A DNA stretch of 64,000 bases, from assembly GCA_951406725.2 (NCBI GenBank), contig OX597817.1, positions 87,668,001-87,732,000 on the forward strand, in the 5' to 3' direction. This stretch comes from Octopus vulgaris (Eukaryota). The notes below the pieces were generated by a model that did no database searches, was not told where the DNA came from, and saw nothing but the letters and a program-made list of their open reading frames with translations. Made by a program: the position numbers and the translations under genes. The stretch's first letter is position 1. Every line of letters starts with the position of its first letter. Of this stretch, positions 1 to 12,190 are shown piece after piece.

Positions 1-7
1 TAGTTTG

Positions 8-141
<134 letters not shown>

Positions 142-299
142 TTTTTTTTTTAAGAACTTTTCTTTTTATGTAACTGGACTTTCTCTGTGCCTTAAATACT
201 CAAAATATACTCGGTCGAATAGATGAAATATAGCCATATATCTGTGCTACAGGGTAGTAGGTCATTTAAAACAGTCGTTAACCGAAATATAATAAACAC

Positions 300-624
300 G
301 CAGACACTCCGTCTGTTACGACGATGAGCGTTCCAGTTGATCCGATCAACGGAACAGCCTGCTCGTGAAACTAGCGTGCAAGTTGTTCATCACTTCACAC
401 ACAAGCACGTGCCCTTAACATAGTTTTCAGGGAGATTCAGCACGACACAGTGTGTGACAAAATTGGCCCTTTGACTTACAGGTACTACTCATTTTGCCGG
501 CTGAGTGGACTGGAGCAATGTGAAAGAAAGTGTCTTGCACAAGGAGACAACACACCGTCGGGAATCGAACTCACGACCTTACAATCGTGAGCCGAATACC
601 CTAACAATCACTGAGCCACATACC
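300..624 (-). mobile_element. tRNA-derived SINE (family B)
   Basis: Minus strand reads gtggctcagtg (A-box-like) ... gagttcgattccc (B box), then ccttgtgcaagacacttt...ttgctccagtccactcagc. The same body recurs at 45680-45812 and 63370-63510. Confidence 0.85.
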
Positions 625-1159
625 TTCACTAATACACCGCACACGCACATACGCGCGCGCGCACACACACACACTATTATATATTTCAGAAATATTTCGC
701 CCCCTCCTCAATCTTTCTAATGAAAAGACATAATTCAGTTTCCCTGACTATAATTCTTTCTTCGCTCAAGGCTTCGGAAAAGTCTAATGTGCTTAAAACC
801 ATTTAAGTTTATTAAACAAGGCAATTTATTCGCCCACTTTTCAACCCTCATATTCTTCACTGTGAGGAATACTAGTTTAAGGTGTCCCTTAAGACGAGAA
901 CTTATTTTCAGAGATAAATTTGGATCCTGAGAGTTCAAACTAAATGCAGATGAAACGTAAACAAACTCGACACAGTTCATTCAGAATCGCTTCACTTCGC
1001 TGATACCGTTGGAGAATGTATGAATGTCACAGCTTATCTCCTATCTTCCCTAAAATAGAGAGACTTTGGTGTGGTTGAGATGGAAAGGGAAGCGGGTCAC
1101 GTGCTATAGTAGTACTTAAATATTATTCGCAAAGTTCATGGACTGAAACAACCCTAATG

Positions 1160-1235
1160 CTCAACTGGTACTTATTTTATCAACTCCGAAAGGGGTAAAA
1201 AGCAAAGTGAACCTTGGCGGAATTTGAACTCGGGA
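1160..1235 (-). mobile_element. SINE fragment (family C)
   Basis: aactggtacttattttatc...gcaaagtgaaccttggcggaatttgaactc matches the copies at 47818-47885 and 49635-49700. Confidence 0.75.
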
Positions 1236-1797
1236 CAGATATGTCCACTGGCTGTTGTACGGTAAAGAAAATCTTGAGAGAGCCGAACAATGGTATGAAC
1301 ACAAGCCAGATGGTATAATGGAAAACGAACATTAAAAAATACTCGGGGACTTTAACATGCAGTGTGACCAAGTCATAGAGGCGAGACGACCAGACATTGT
1401 GCTCATCCATAAAGATGAGAAAGCAGTAAAGATAGTAGGTGTTGCAATACCAGGCGATTCGAAGGTGGAATGTAAGGAAACAGAAAAGATTGAGAAATAC
1501 CAGCTACTGCGGGACGAGATGGGAAGGTTATGGGGCATGGGGAAAGTAATGGTGATACCGGTGGTAATCGGGGCATTAGGAGCAGTTTCCTAGGTCTTTG
1601 AAAAACATATTAAGAATATTGGAGCTGCTGTCAGGCTCGAGGTGATCCAAGAAGACAGCATTGTTGGGTATAGCTCGCATTCTAAGGAGAGTATTGTCTT
1701 TTTGAGTCACAGAAGGCACTACTTGAAACCTTTGGTGATTTGCTATTGCCTGCTTTCAAGTAAAGAATAACCGGTAAGAACTATCCGAGAGTCTTCC

Positions 1798-1832
<35 letters not shown>
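1236..1832 (+). mobile_element. 3' fragment of R4/Dong-type non-LTR retrotransposon (RLE domain, 3'UTR, (TAA)n tail)
   Basis: Translation YVHWLL...WYEHKP...DFNMQCDQVIEARRPDIV...K.EKYQ.L...IPVVIGALG with in-frame stops, homologous to the C-terminus of ORF 29841-32468; ends in (TAA)n. Confidence 0.9.
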
Positions 1833-1833
<1 letters not shown>

Positions 1834-1834
<1 letters not shown>

Positions 1835-2290
1835 CCTGATGCAGTACCAGGCACTCGCTGCCCTGATGCAGTACCATGTAGTGGCTCTCATGGCTTTTGA
1901 TCTTAACTGATTGGAAGTGTTATCACGTACAGCAAATATTCTGCTTAATACCACAGATTTGCTTGTCAGTTACTTGACCTTCCCTTAGTGGCTGACGATA
2001 TGTGCATCTCTGATCACGAGTAGAAGTAGTGGGGGAGTATCATAGCCATGTGTTGAGAGAAATTCTTTGGGGTTTGAATAATTCACCTCTGGAAACATGG
2101 ATGTTTCGTTCATCATCCTTAAACAACCCTTATTCAGGGACTTTTTGAGCGGATGGGCTACTCAACCTGAAAAAATTCTAACTGAGCCTTACCTGCAAGG
2201 TCATGCGTTGTTTATCTTGATATGAGCTCAACATATCGCGCACATATATAGTTGCGATGCATGTGCCTGGTCTACCCTTATTAGACGGGT
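1834..2290 (+). mobile_element. Non-coding (TAA)n-associated element, copy 1 (3' end missing)
   Basis: Collinear with 32624-33108 (ccctgatgcagtacc...gtggctctcatggc...cccttattcagggac...tacccttat.agacgggt); starts directly after a TAA tract. Confidence 0.85.
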
Positions 2291-2291
2291 T

Positions 2292-2767
2292 ATAATATTC
2301 TTTGGGACTTCCCAGTATGTACAGCCCGGCTCAGAAAATATAAAGATTTACTCATCGAAATCGAAAAGATGCGGCATCTTAAGCCAGTTACAATACCAAT
2401 GATTGTAGGAGCACTTGGAATGATCAAAAAAGGAACTGAAAATTATTTTTAAATGATCTTTGGCTTACCATCCATGTAGGGAGTGCAAAAGATCGTATTA
2501 ACTGGTACGTTACACGAGTTAAGAAGAGCATTGTTGCTGTGAATTTTCTTTACTTTTCCCCTTTATTTTCTTTGTATACTTTTTTACGTTTTTATTTTTT
2601 TCACTTCCTGTCTTTCTCTCCTTTTTCTCCATTACATGACGCTGTAAATGGACAATTTGGTGTGTTTCTTTTAATAGCCTGCCAATGTATACAGTGTGTT
2701 TCTCTGCCCTAGGTATCAGGAAGACACTCGGCAAGGAATGGAAGCAGAATTGAAAGTTGATAATGAA

Positions 2768-2827
<60 letters not shown>
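2292..2827 (+). mobile_element. 3' fragment of a second R4/Dong-type subfamily
   Basis: ILWDFP, then RKYKDLLIEIEKM...TIPMIVGALGMIKKGT...QKIVLTGT; T-rich 3'UTR; (TAA)n tail ~2769-2827. Confidence 0.88.
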
Positions 2828-2828
<1 letters not shown>

Positions 2829-4265
2829 TATGTGTCTAAATAACTAATCACAATGTACGGTATATTAATGGGTTGGTGCCATTATTTCTATTCCTATCTA
2901 GGAAAGATCAACATTAAACACAAATTTTCTCACGTCAAAACATTTAGTTTCCATTTCCCTCAATTATAAATAATTACTACTAATACAACTTTTCTTGTTG
3001 TCGTTATAGTCGTTGTTGTTGTTGTTGTTGTTGTTGTTTGAGCTAAACAGTCACCTTTCATCAAGATCTACTTAGAGGACATCTCCTTCTAGAATAACTT
3101 GATGAAAAAAGAATTATTTATTTATTATTCTCTTTACAATGAAAGGTGTATCTCATTAATTGTACCAGAGATGTGGGAATTAGCTTTCGCCCTTGGCTAA
3201 TCGCCATTTTCGCGGCACAGTACGAGCATTGGTGAATGTACTGGTTATCTCGTAGTAAAATATGACCGCGCGATATGTGCACAGCAATCTAAGCTCTGAT
3301 GAACCCCTAAGATACAATGCTAACCTGAAGTTATAACCTATTGTGCGTAATGAAGTCAAACTAGTAGCGCTGGACAAAGTTGCAGTTGCTATCTATGGAA
3401 GTTTTAAAATTACTTCAATGTTCCTTGTGACCTGAAGTAGAAAAATGAATAGAAGACGAAGAAAATGATGGCAAACGGCGGCATAAGTAGTAATAACAGC
3501 AACACAGGATCCATCGCTTCTATTGTTTTCAGAATGTCACAGGTTACATCTCTGATGATTATTTGAACAGAAGGGAAAAGCGAAATGGCCTCATTCTCAG
3601 TGTTATAGGTTACCATAGGTCGACATGATAAGGCATCGAAAAACCAAAATGTTACATACACCTTCCATCACAGGATCATCCACAGCCTCCAAACAGCAGT
3701 TCCACCCCATTGTCCTGCGACAAGGGAAAAGAGAAAGGCGTGGGTCCATTGGAAATAGTAATACAAGGAACAAAGGTAAAAAAAAAATGGGCTCACATCA
3801 AGTATGGTAAAAGAAATCCCTATCAAATAGGTGCCCACATCGTGAAGTATCTAAAGTGCATAGTAATCCAAAGGATCATTCTTTATTTATATGAACTTCT
3901 ATGAAACTAAGAGGACCGAACAAATCCAATGGTAAATCGAGAGGAGAGAGAATACCAGATTTTGGATAGTTGGTTGCTAAAAATAACACCACGATCTATT
4001 CTCAGCTGATGGAACTTTATCCAGAACATGTGGAGGACTTCACAGTGAGAAATAAAGCCGAAGATGCTGACAGGAAAGTTCAGAGGATTCAGTCTGCAGA
4101 TGATCGGAGCGAATGTGACTGTAGTCGTAAGGTGCTCTGATCTTAGCTAGGTGAAAATGTCTCACCTCTTTATGGGTGAGTTGCTTTGATCTGTTTTGAT
4201 GGACTCAATTTTTAACCTGCTTTAATATGCTGTATTGCACCCACCTCTGTCTATTTATGTGTATG

Positions 4266-4345
<80 letters not shown>

Positions 4346-4348
<3 letters not shown>

Positions 4349-4747
4349 TTGCGGTCAAAATGTTCAGAACGGTATTGTTTTCGTCAGAAAAGTAGGTATA
4401 AGTTTTTATCAAAGTTGTTTTATATTCTATAATTTTCACAGACAATAAATACAATGTTAATTGTTATTGTCTGAGATTTTGGTGTAATTTGAGAGGATAA
4501 TACAAAAGTTGTGGATGATTTAGTGATTTACTGCAAAACCCATGGCGGCCAAAATGATCAGAACGGTTGAAAAAATAACAAAATAATCAAAAATGACAGA
4601 GAATACTGGAATTATTTAATATTTAGTGTGAAGCCCATATCGTATTTATTGTCTGTGAAAATTATAGAATATAAAACAGCTTTGATATAAAAAATTATAT
4701 CTACTTCTCTGACGAAAACAATGCCGTTCTGAACATTTTGGTCGCAA

Positions 4748-4750
<3 letters not shown>
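4346..4750. mobile_element. Tc1-like MITE (IR/DR type) in a (TA)n tract
   Basis: ~105-bp TIRs cagttgcggtcaaaatgttcagaacgg ... ccgttctgaacattttggtcgcaactg; TA on both sides; inner repeat of the terminal motif at 4545-4566. Confidence 0.9.
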
Positions 4751-4822
<72 letters not shown>

Positions 4823-5689
4823 TGTATGTATGTATGTATGCATGTATGTATATCCCCGCATAATTTGTAAATCGCTTTTGTATGACATGTTTTATTATAG
4901 GATCCTTGTGATCAATAAATAAAAATAAAATTATTATCGTTATGACAACAGATGGCAGAAATTACTACACCTATTACAAAATACTTTTCGGTATCTCGTC
5001 GCATCTATTTACGTTTTGAGTTCAAGGTCGACTTTACCTTTGTGGGTCACAAAAACAACGACCAGTCAAGCACTGCGTTCTTCACTTAACAATTTCTTCC
5101 CTCAAAATGCGTACTCTTATGTCTATGTTAGAAATCTATGTAAGAAAAATAATATTGTGTGTTTATCATACTCATGTTTCACATTGACCGTTATGCCATT
5201 ACAGTCTCCAGTTGCAGTGAATTTCGTGATGACCACAGACAGGTCGTCTCTAAGCATTCCCGGCTAGTACCAAGCTGTTTTTGTCACTGTTCTCGTTATA
5301 ATGACGTCATTCTTTCTAAACTGCCACCACAGCAACCACTCATACCACCAACTCACCAGTCATCAGATTTTTTCTGTGAGAAATCTGTGTATTAACAGAA
5401 GATTATCTTTTGTTTTCGTTAAGTTGTTTTTTTTTTCTTTCTCAAGAGAACTCTTTTGTTGTAAGAGGCTTTTTCATTTTATCTCGAAAAAATTTTTCTC
5501 TATAAATTGTCGCCATGTTCAGTTGACAGTACATAGCACAGACAATTTTGTTTTAACCGATACTACACACCGTTAACCAGTGTATATTGACTATTCCAAA
5601 CAGAACAAATTTATCTAAATTTCTTCCCTCCAGTTAGACACCAGGAATAGATAGCATTTATTCCAGTAATAGTGACTATGTGCTAGGCC

Positions 5690-6100
5690 AGTTACGTCTG
5701 GTCTTTAATAGATATCAGACCATCTGCGAAAGATCGTCACTGAGTACTAACAATACCGAAGTTAATAATGTAGCAACAGAAATGTTGAAAGATGCATCAT
5801 ATAATGTTGACACATTCATAGCTTATGCCAATGACAAAGAACTCACACTTATTACCGAGAAGTGGGTAGCCTATTCTACTGTTTTTTTTATGGCGTTTAA
5901 CAGCAAGAAGATGGAATTAGCTTCCTTGACATTATGTTTATCATAATGTTGATAAATAGCGCTTATTGGGTAATATATCATCTGATAATGTCGGTGATTG
6001 GGTACCATTTCGACTGGGAATGCTATTGTACAAATATCAAATTATCTGGAAATATTTGTAAACAGATACAAGATGATTTGCGAAATTACTGACTCAGACC
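5690..6100 (+). pseudogene. Possible decayed PIF1-like helicase fragment (Helitron-derived)
   Basis: ERSSLSTNNTEVNNVATEML resembles the Helitron helicase RAILxPxNxxVxxIN motif; similarity is weak. Confidence 0.35.
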
Positions 6101-6536
6101 AGACCCCCTCAATCATTTTGCTCCCGTGCGGTGCGTTAATGCATGCAAACTTTAGTTTTGATTACAGATGTATATGATGGATGATTTTATTAGAGCATTT
6201 CACGTTAAAGTGATTACGTATAGATATCCAACATCACTAGGTGGAAATATTTCATACAAACATATATGTATATATAGATGTGTGTGTGTGTGTGTGTGAA
6301 TATGTGTGGAGAGAGAGAGAGAGAGACACATATGTATATATGTGTATATGCGTGGGTGGGTATGAATGTGTTATGATAGCAGCGAGCACGAAAAGAAAGA
6401 AGACGGTACAGGAGAGAGAGTCCTAACAAATGTATTGGTTTAACGCTTAAAATTGAAGGAAAGAAAGCGGACGTTTCGGACGCTAATCCGCGGTCAGAAG
6501 AAAAATATAGAAAAATAATGGAGGAGAGTGAGTGAA

Positions 6537-6570
<34 letters not shown>

Positions 6571-7611
6571 CTAGCATTATGACCCGTCGTTGCCGGGTCA
6601 TAGTGCTAGTGCATGTATATATGTGTATATATATGTGTACATATTACATGTACATCTATATATATACATCTACACATAAAATACAAAATACAAAGTTATA
6701 TCTTGATATCGCTAGTGATAACAATACTCAAAATATATAACAGACTGGAATTGTTAGCCCGTCTCTTGTAATTTCGATCAATTGTATCTTGTCCTCCCTC
6801 TTGTATAGAAGTGTGGCTACAATCCAGCCTACCTCTACTTCGGGGGGAGAGGGGCATTTTAAATTTTTATCCGAGACGTCCTACGTCCCAGATATAAAGA
6901 TAAAAATAAAATATTTCCACTTTGCAAGTTCGAGTCGAGTACTCCCTTGCACGCTCCGTTGACTCGAACCTTGCTTCTGTTGTGGCGAATTTACCGCCTC
7001 TGGTTAGATATCTTTCATAGTCGCACCAAGACACTTTTCGAAGGTGCTTTCCTCTATGTGTTCAAATCATTTTTCTCTACATTGTATACTTTATAGACAA
7101 TAGTCTTTTCTTTAATTTAATTTTTTATTATCCATCTGGACTATTCCATTTCTGCACACTAATTTTATTTTTAATTTATTCCCATTCATGTGAAACCACT
7201 TATTCAAGTTCAAGTCATTGATGCAATTTTATACCAATTACTATTTTTACTTTTATTATGTTACGATTTAAGTATTATATTATACTTTAGTTTGGTTTTA
7301 ATTATTACTTACTACATATAACTCAATTGTTATTATTATCTCTAATTTTTATTGTTAAAGTGAAATATCTGACATAAAATAGAGAAATGTTTTTGTTTCA
7401 TTTTTAACACGTAATACTGAAATAGTGGAGAAGATATGATATTGCTATGGGCTCGCCCTAGGGAAGAAGTTGAACAATTTTTTTTATCCATGAAACTACA
7501 TGGACCCTAAGTAAAGCATGTGTAAAATTTGAATGAAATTGGTTGTGTAGTTCTCAAGTTTTAGGGAAACACATAGACAGACAGACACACATTCTCAGTT
7601 TTATATATAGA
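6571..7611 (-). mobile_element. Non-autonomous Helitron
   Basis: Minus strand starts TCtatatataaaactgagaatgtgtgtctgtc and ends with a GC hairpin (gacccgg...cgggtc) and CTAG; inserted between A and T. Confidence 0.85.
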
Positions 7612-8099
7612 TAGATAGATATATAAAGTGAGGAAAAGAAAGGAAAAACGAAGACAAAAAGAAGAGAAAATTCAGGGAGAAAAAATGAAAAATGAGGTGG
7701 TCCGGGAGATTAAGTACACACACACACACACACACATACACACAGTGACAACGAACAAGATGCTGGAGTGAAATTGAATAGAGTTTACAAAAATTGGTGA
7801 TTGAGCACCAAAAGCCAAAAATATGGAGACGAGAAAGGCCTTTATTAGTTAATGGGAGATCAATGCAGGATTTGATTAATTGATTAATTAGTTAATTAAA
7901 TTTACATTGTATTTAAAACAGATATTTTTGAATTTTAATTTAGTTGTCTCCGTTAACAAGGAACTCAAAGACTAAATATGGTTATTATTTACTAACTGGC
8001 TAATTAATTTATTTGGTTATAAGCATCAAAGTTTCTCTTATACAAATAGATTATGAATATGAAAACAGTTATATATGCCTTGTTCTTATATAGGTTACA

Positions 8100-8700
8100 G
8101 AAAATGTGAAATAAAATGATAACTTTATACAATTTGTTATGAAATATATAATGTCTGAGAAAGTGATAATGAATAAGGAAACAAAAAATAGCGCAGCTGG
8201 AGGGGTTTTATGTCGAAGAAAAAAGAAAATGACACTTAACGGACGCTTGCGTGAAATATCTATAAAACCTATGAGCTTCGTCAAACTTGACTACCTATGT
8301 CAGATAATACATGTCAAACAAGAGCGAGAAATAAAAACCTAAGAACAAGTTCTTCGACAATTTAACCGGTTAATTCGGTAAATAAAAACGACGGCCTGAA
8401 CTAAATTCATTCAAATTTAGCTCACCAAATAATGATTGTACATATACGCAGAGAAAAATAATAAAAGAAGAGAAGGAATCAGTGCGTGCGAACACGAGAT
8501 GAATTTAGAGAAAGCAGCGACATCTATGGGATCACAAATATACAGATCATACCTCTTTGGTAGGACACCATCTACAAATAGGAAATGTATTGCGTGTATA
8601 ATTAACAACTCTACGTATAGCTGTAAAATGAGAAACGTAGTTTACCATTATTGTAAGAAGCATCTTCAAATAATTACAAAAGCTACTCATATTTAACACA
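8100..8700 (+). pseudogene. Decayed piggyBac-like transposase C-terminus
   Basis: RKCIAC...YSCK....YCKKH resembles the piggyBac C-terminal Cys-rich domain; an upstream GGV may be a remnant of the GGVD motif. Confidence 0.45.
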
Positions 8701-10017
8701 ATGAAACATAATTCAAAAGAATTTCTATGGTAAAATGTTCTGCAAAAAACAACAGCCAAATGTTATTTATTTATCTATTTTTCACCAAGTGGAATCAAGT
8801 GTAAGGAAGCACGATGAAAATATGAGCTACCAACGCACTGTTTTGTAAGAAGGATATCTGGCGCTAAATCTTGTTGCTCACTGCTGCGGAATAGTTCGGT
8901 TTCATCACTCGTTGAGCTCCTCTCCATTGACCTAAAAAGTACTCTGTCGACAGACGATTCAGGTGTCCCGTTGCAATTAGTGTCTGTCTGTCTGTCTGTC
9001 AGTGGGAATGTCAGACAGACAGAACTGTGAGAATTTTACCGTTCCTCTTCTGTCGTATAATCCCACCCAACACCGATATACATCTAAAATACTATCCCAG
9101 TCCCCCACTAGTACTGTAGTGTTTTGCCAAACAATTCCTGTAGTAGTCTTAAGAAATTTGGCTGTCTTTCTCCAAACGGGTTTAAACGCTTACTAGCTTT
9201 CTCTGCTATTCACGTCCACCAAACAGTGATTTACCGCCCGGATGAAAGACGATTGCCCATATCTCGAAATCCAGACATTTCCAAACCAAAAAGGCCATCC
9301 TTTCCAATTCGGGTCGACCAAGAAATGCATATACTTCTTATGGTCAAAAATAGGCAGACATTCTGGTCTCGCTATTAACAACCACAACTTTGTCTAGTGA
9401 CCTGAGATCATTGATCAAATGACCTTGCTTCGAAGCCGCCCCTAAGCTATGGGCTTTTATGCAGCCTACTCTGAGAGCAACTACACTGATCGGGAAAAAA
9501 AGCAAAACAGGTCTGGAGAAGGAAATGTAATCGGGCTCCTTCTTGAGGAGAGTTTCTTTGAAAGGCGCCTCCGTTCCTGAAATCTCCATGTCAAGTGGGA
9601 TTTTTTCCTTTGTGTTAAGAGACGACTGATGATGTTTTCAGTATGTGTCTGTTAGAAGCCCTCTTCTTTTGTTAATATTCTTTATTTCGTGTATTTCATC
9701 AACTTACTGAAATCGATGAGAAGCAGTTTTGTTACTGCTGTTACTTTTGTACTAATTGCTGTTGCTTTTGTTTTTGTCGTTTCTATTGAATTATTTCCTG
9801 TGATTGTGGTTGTGCGTTTTCCTATTGTTTTTGTTGGTTCGGTTGTGGGTTAGTTGATGTGGTTGTGTTATAACTGGAAGGAGTGTAGGTGTGTGGTTGG
9901 CTGACATTCTTTCTGCCATTCTCATCGAACCTTCGAGCATCCACCTTGAGAAAATATGCTTATTCATTTATTTATTTATTTATTTATTTATTTATTCAAT
10001 CATTCATTCATTTATCT

Positions 10018-10225
10018 TTTACTTCTTTCAGTCATTAGACTGTGACCATGCTGGGGCACCGCCTTGAAGAACTTTTAGTCGAATGAATCGACTCCAGTAC
10101 TTTATAAGCCTGGTACTTATTCAATCGGTCTCTTTTGTCGAACCACTAAGTTGCGAGGACGTAAACATCAACACCGGTTGTCAAGTGATAGAAAGGGGTA
10201 TAAACACAGACACAAATATACACAC
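10018..10225 (-). mobile_element. CORE-type SINE (family A), 3' half
   Basis: Reverse complement matches 16680-16865. Confidence 0.85.
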
Positions 10226-10422
10226 TGATATATTAAAAAATTTTTAATTTGAAAATTTAAAAATATTAAAATTTTAAAATTTTAAAATTTAAATTTTAAA
10301 TTTTATATTTTATATATATATTAAATATTATATTAATTATATTTATATTTTTTGTTATTTATGTATTGTTTTATGTCTATCACTGCTTGAGTTGCCTAAT
10401 AGTGGTTTTATCTCTAATTTAA

Positions 10423-11849
10423 TCTATATATATAAAAGTGAAGTTGTGTGAGTGTCTGTCTCCTACGATTTAGATTCCTAACTACTCCCACATTTTGCGG
10501 TGCAGTTTCACCAAATTCGGGTATCTTATAGTCGTGATTCATATCAAGCCCTTCTGGGTATTAGCGCGCGTCTACGATAAGTCTACGATTTTAAAAATAA
10601 TTTACCATAATTTTTTTCCATTTTAACGCATATTTTTTAAATAAAGGGAAGGCGGCGGAGTTGGCGTCCATGCTCACACCTGCACCTGTGTTGCTTCTCC
10701 CCTTCTTCCCTCCTTCATGAAGCTGTGGGGAAGGAGTGTAAGGAAATCAACGTCGTAAAGCGTTGTCAAGGAGACCAGCGTTCTTTTAGAACAACGACTT
10801 CATGGCTTGAAGACACCAAAACAGAAATGGCTAAGAAAGCCCGAAAGCAAATTCTACAAAATGGGGAAACACACCACACAGGGAAGGTTTCCCATGCAAA
10901 GAATTTGCACAACCGAATGTTTTAGTTGTTGCACAACTTTTACATAAAAATATTATCCCGGTGGTGGCGGTGGTGCTGGTAGTGGTGATGGTGGTCGTGG
11001 TCGTGGTGGTCGTCGTGTTTGTGGTGGTGGTTGTTGTTGTTGGTGGTGGTGGTCGTGGTCATGGTGATGGGGTGGTGATGATGGTGGTCGTGGTGATGAT
11101 GGTGGTGGTGGTCGTGGTGGTCTTCGTGATGGTGGTCGTGATGGTCATGGGCGTAGTGGTGGTGGTGGTCATGGTGGTAGTGGTGATGGTGTTGGTCGTG
11201 GTGATGGTGGTGGTGGTGGTGGTGGCTGAAGCTGTCGTCTGGGTTCTTCCAATTTTTTCGTGTGTCGGTGGCGGCGTTGGCGTTCATGCTCGCACCTGCA
11301 CCTGTGTAGCTCCTCCCCTTCTTCCCTCCCTCATGAAGCTGTGGGGAAGGCAGGGTAGGGAAATCAACGTCGTAAAGCGTTGTCAAGGAGACCAGCGTTC
11401 TTTTAGAACAACGACTTCATGGCTTGAAGTCACCAAAACAGAAATCGCTAAAAAAGCTGAAACAGATCCACAAAAACGGCAAAAACCGCCACAAAGGGCA
11501 GGTTTCCTGTGCAAACAATTTGCACAACCGAATGTTTTAGTTGTTGCACAAATCTTTATATATAAAAGTGAAGTTGTGTGTCTGTCTCCTACGATTTAGA
11601 TTCCTAACTACTCCCACATTTTGCGGTGCAGTGTAACCAAAACCAGGTATCTTATAGTCGTGATTCATATCGAGCCCTTCTGGGTATTAGCGCGCGTCTA
11701 CGATGATTCTATGATTTTAAAAAAAATTTACCATCATTTTTTATTCCATTTTTAATGCATTTTTTTGCTATTTTTTGCTATAACTCTCTAAAAATGCTTA
11801 TATAGTTATTTCCCTTACAAACCCGAGCAACGCCGGGCGATACTGCTAG
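10423..11849 (+). mobile_element. Composite non-autonomous Helitron with two 5' ends
   Basis: 5' TCtatatatataaaagtgaagttgtgtg at 10423 and a near-identical start at 11553; 3' hairpin cccgagcaacgccggg then CTAG; A|T insertion site. Confidence 0.9.
10960..11226. repeat. Degenerate (GGT)n low-complexity tract inside the Helitron
   Basis: Directly visible; source of the poly-His and poly-Val ORFs. Confidence 0.9.
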
Positions 11850-12049
11850 TTTAATATATATATATAATATTCTTCTTATAATCATCTCATAATAATGACT
11901 TTTATTACTTTTATTACTACCTCAGTCCATCTAAATGTATATATTTGTAGTTACCTGTCATAAAAAGCCTTTTTTTTATTTACAATGTGCATTTTTGTTG
12001 ATTTTTCATATTTTACCCCTATATATACACACACACACGCACACACACA

Positions 12050-12190
12050 CAACGGCTTTCTTTCAGTTTCCGTCTATCAAATCCACTCGCAAGGCTTAGG
12101 TTAGCCTAAGAAGGCACTTGTTTGCCTAAGATTCCATGCAGTGCGACCGAATCCGAAACCATGTGGTTGGGAAGCAAGTTTCTTACCATT
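12050..12190 (-). mobile_element. CORE-type SINE (family A), 5' half
   Basis: ttctttcagtttccgtctatcaaatccactc...gaaaccatgtggttgggaagcaagtttcttacca is the reverse complement of the head at 16505-16650. Confidence 0.8.

Noticed and set aside
545-624. tRNA gene candidates (also 16495, 28315, 49565)
   Set aside because: A/B boxes run into SINE bodies or lack a cloverleaf; these are SINE heads.
6465-6502. Hammerhead-like ctgaccgc-gga.ttagcg.tcc-gaaacgtc on the minus strand
   Set aside because: The core is not CUGANGA and stem I cannot be paired; at most a dead relic.
8800-9600. Possible second transposase remnant
   Set aside because: Short ORFs on both strands with no recognisable motif.
10940-11599. 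His-rich and Val-rich ORFs
   Set aside because: Both strands of a (GGT)n tract inside a Helitron; no sign of a real protein.
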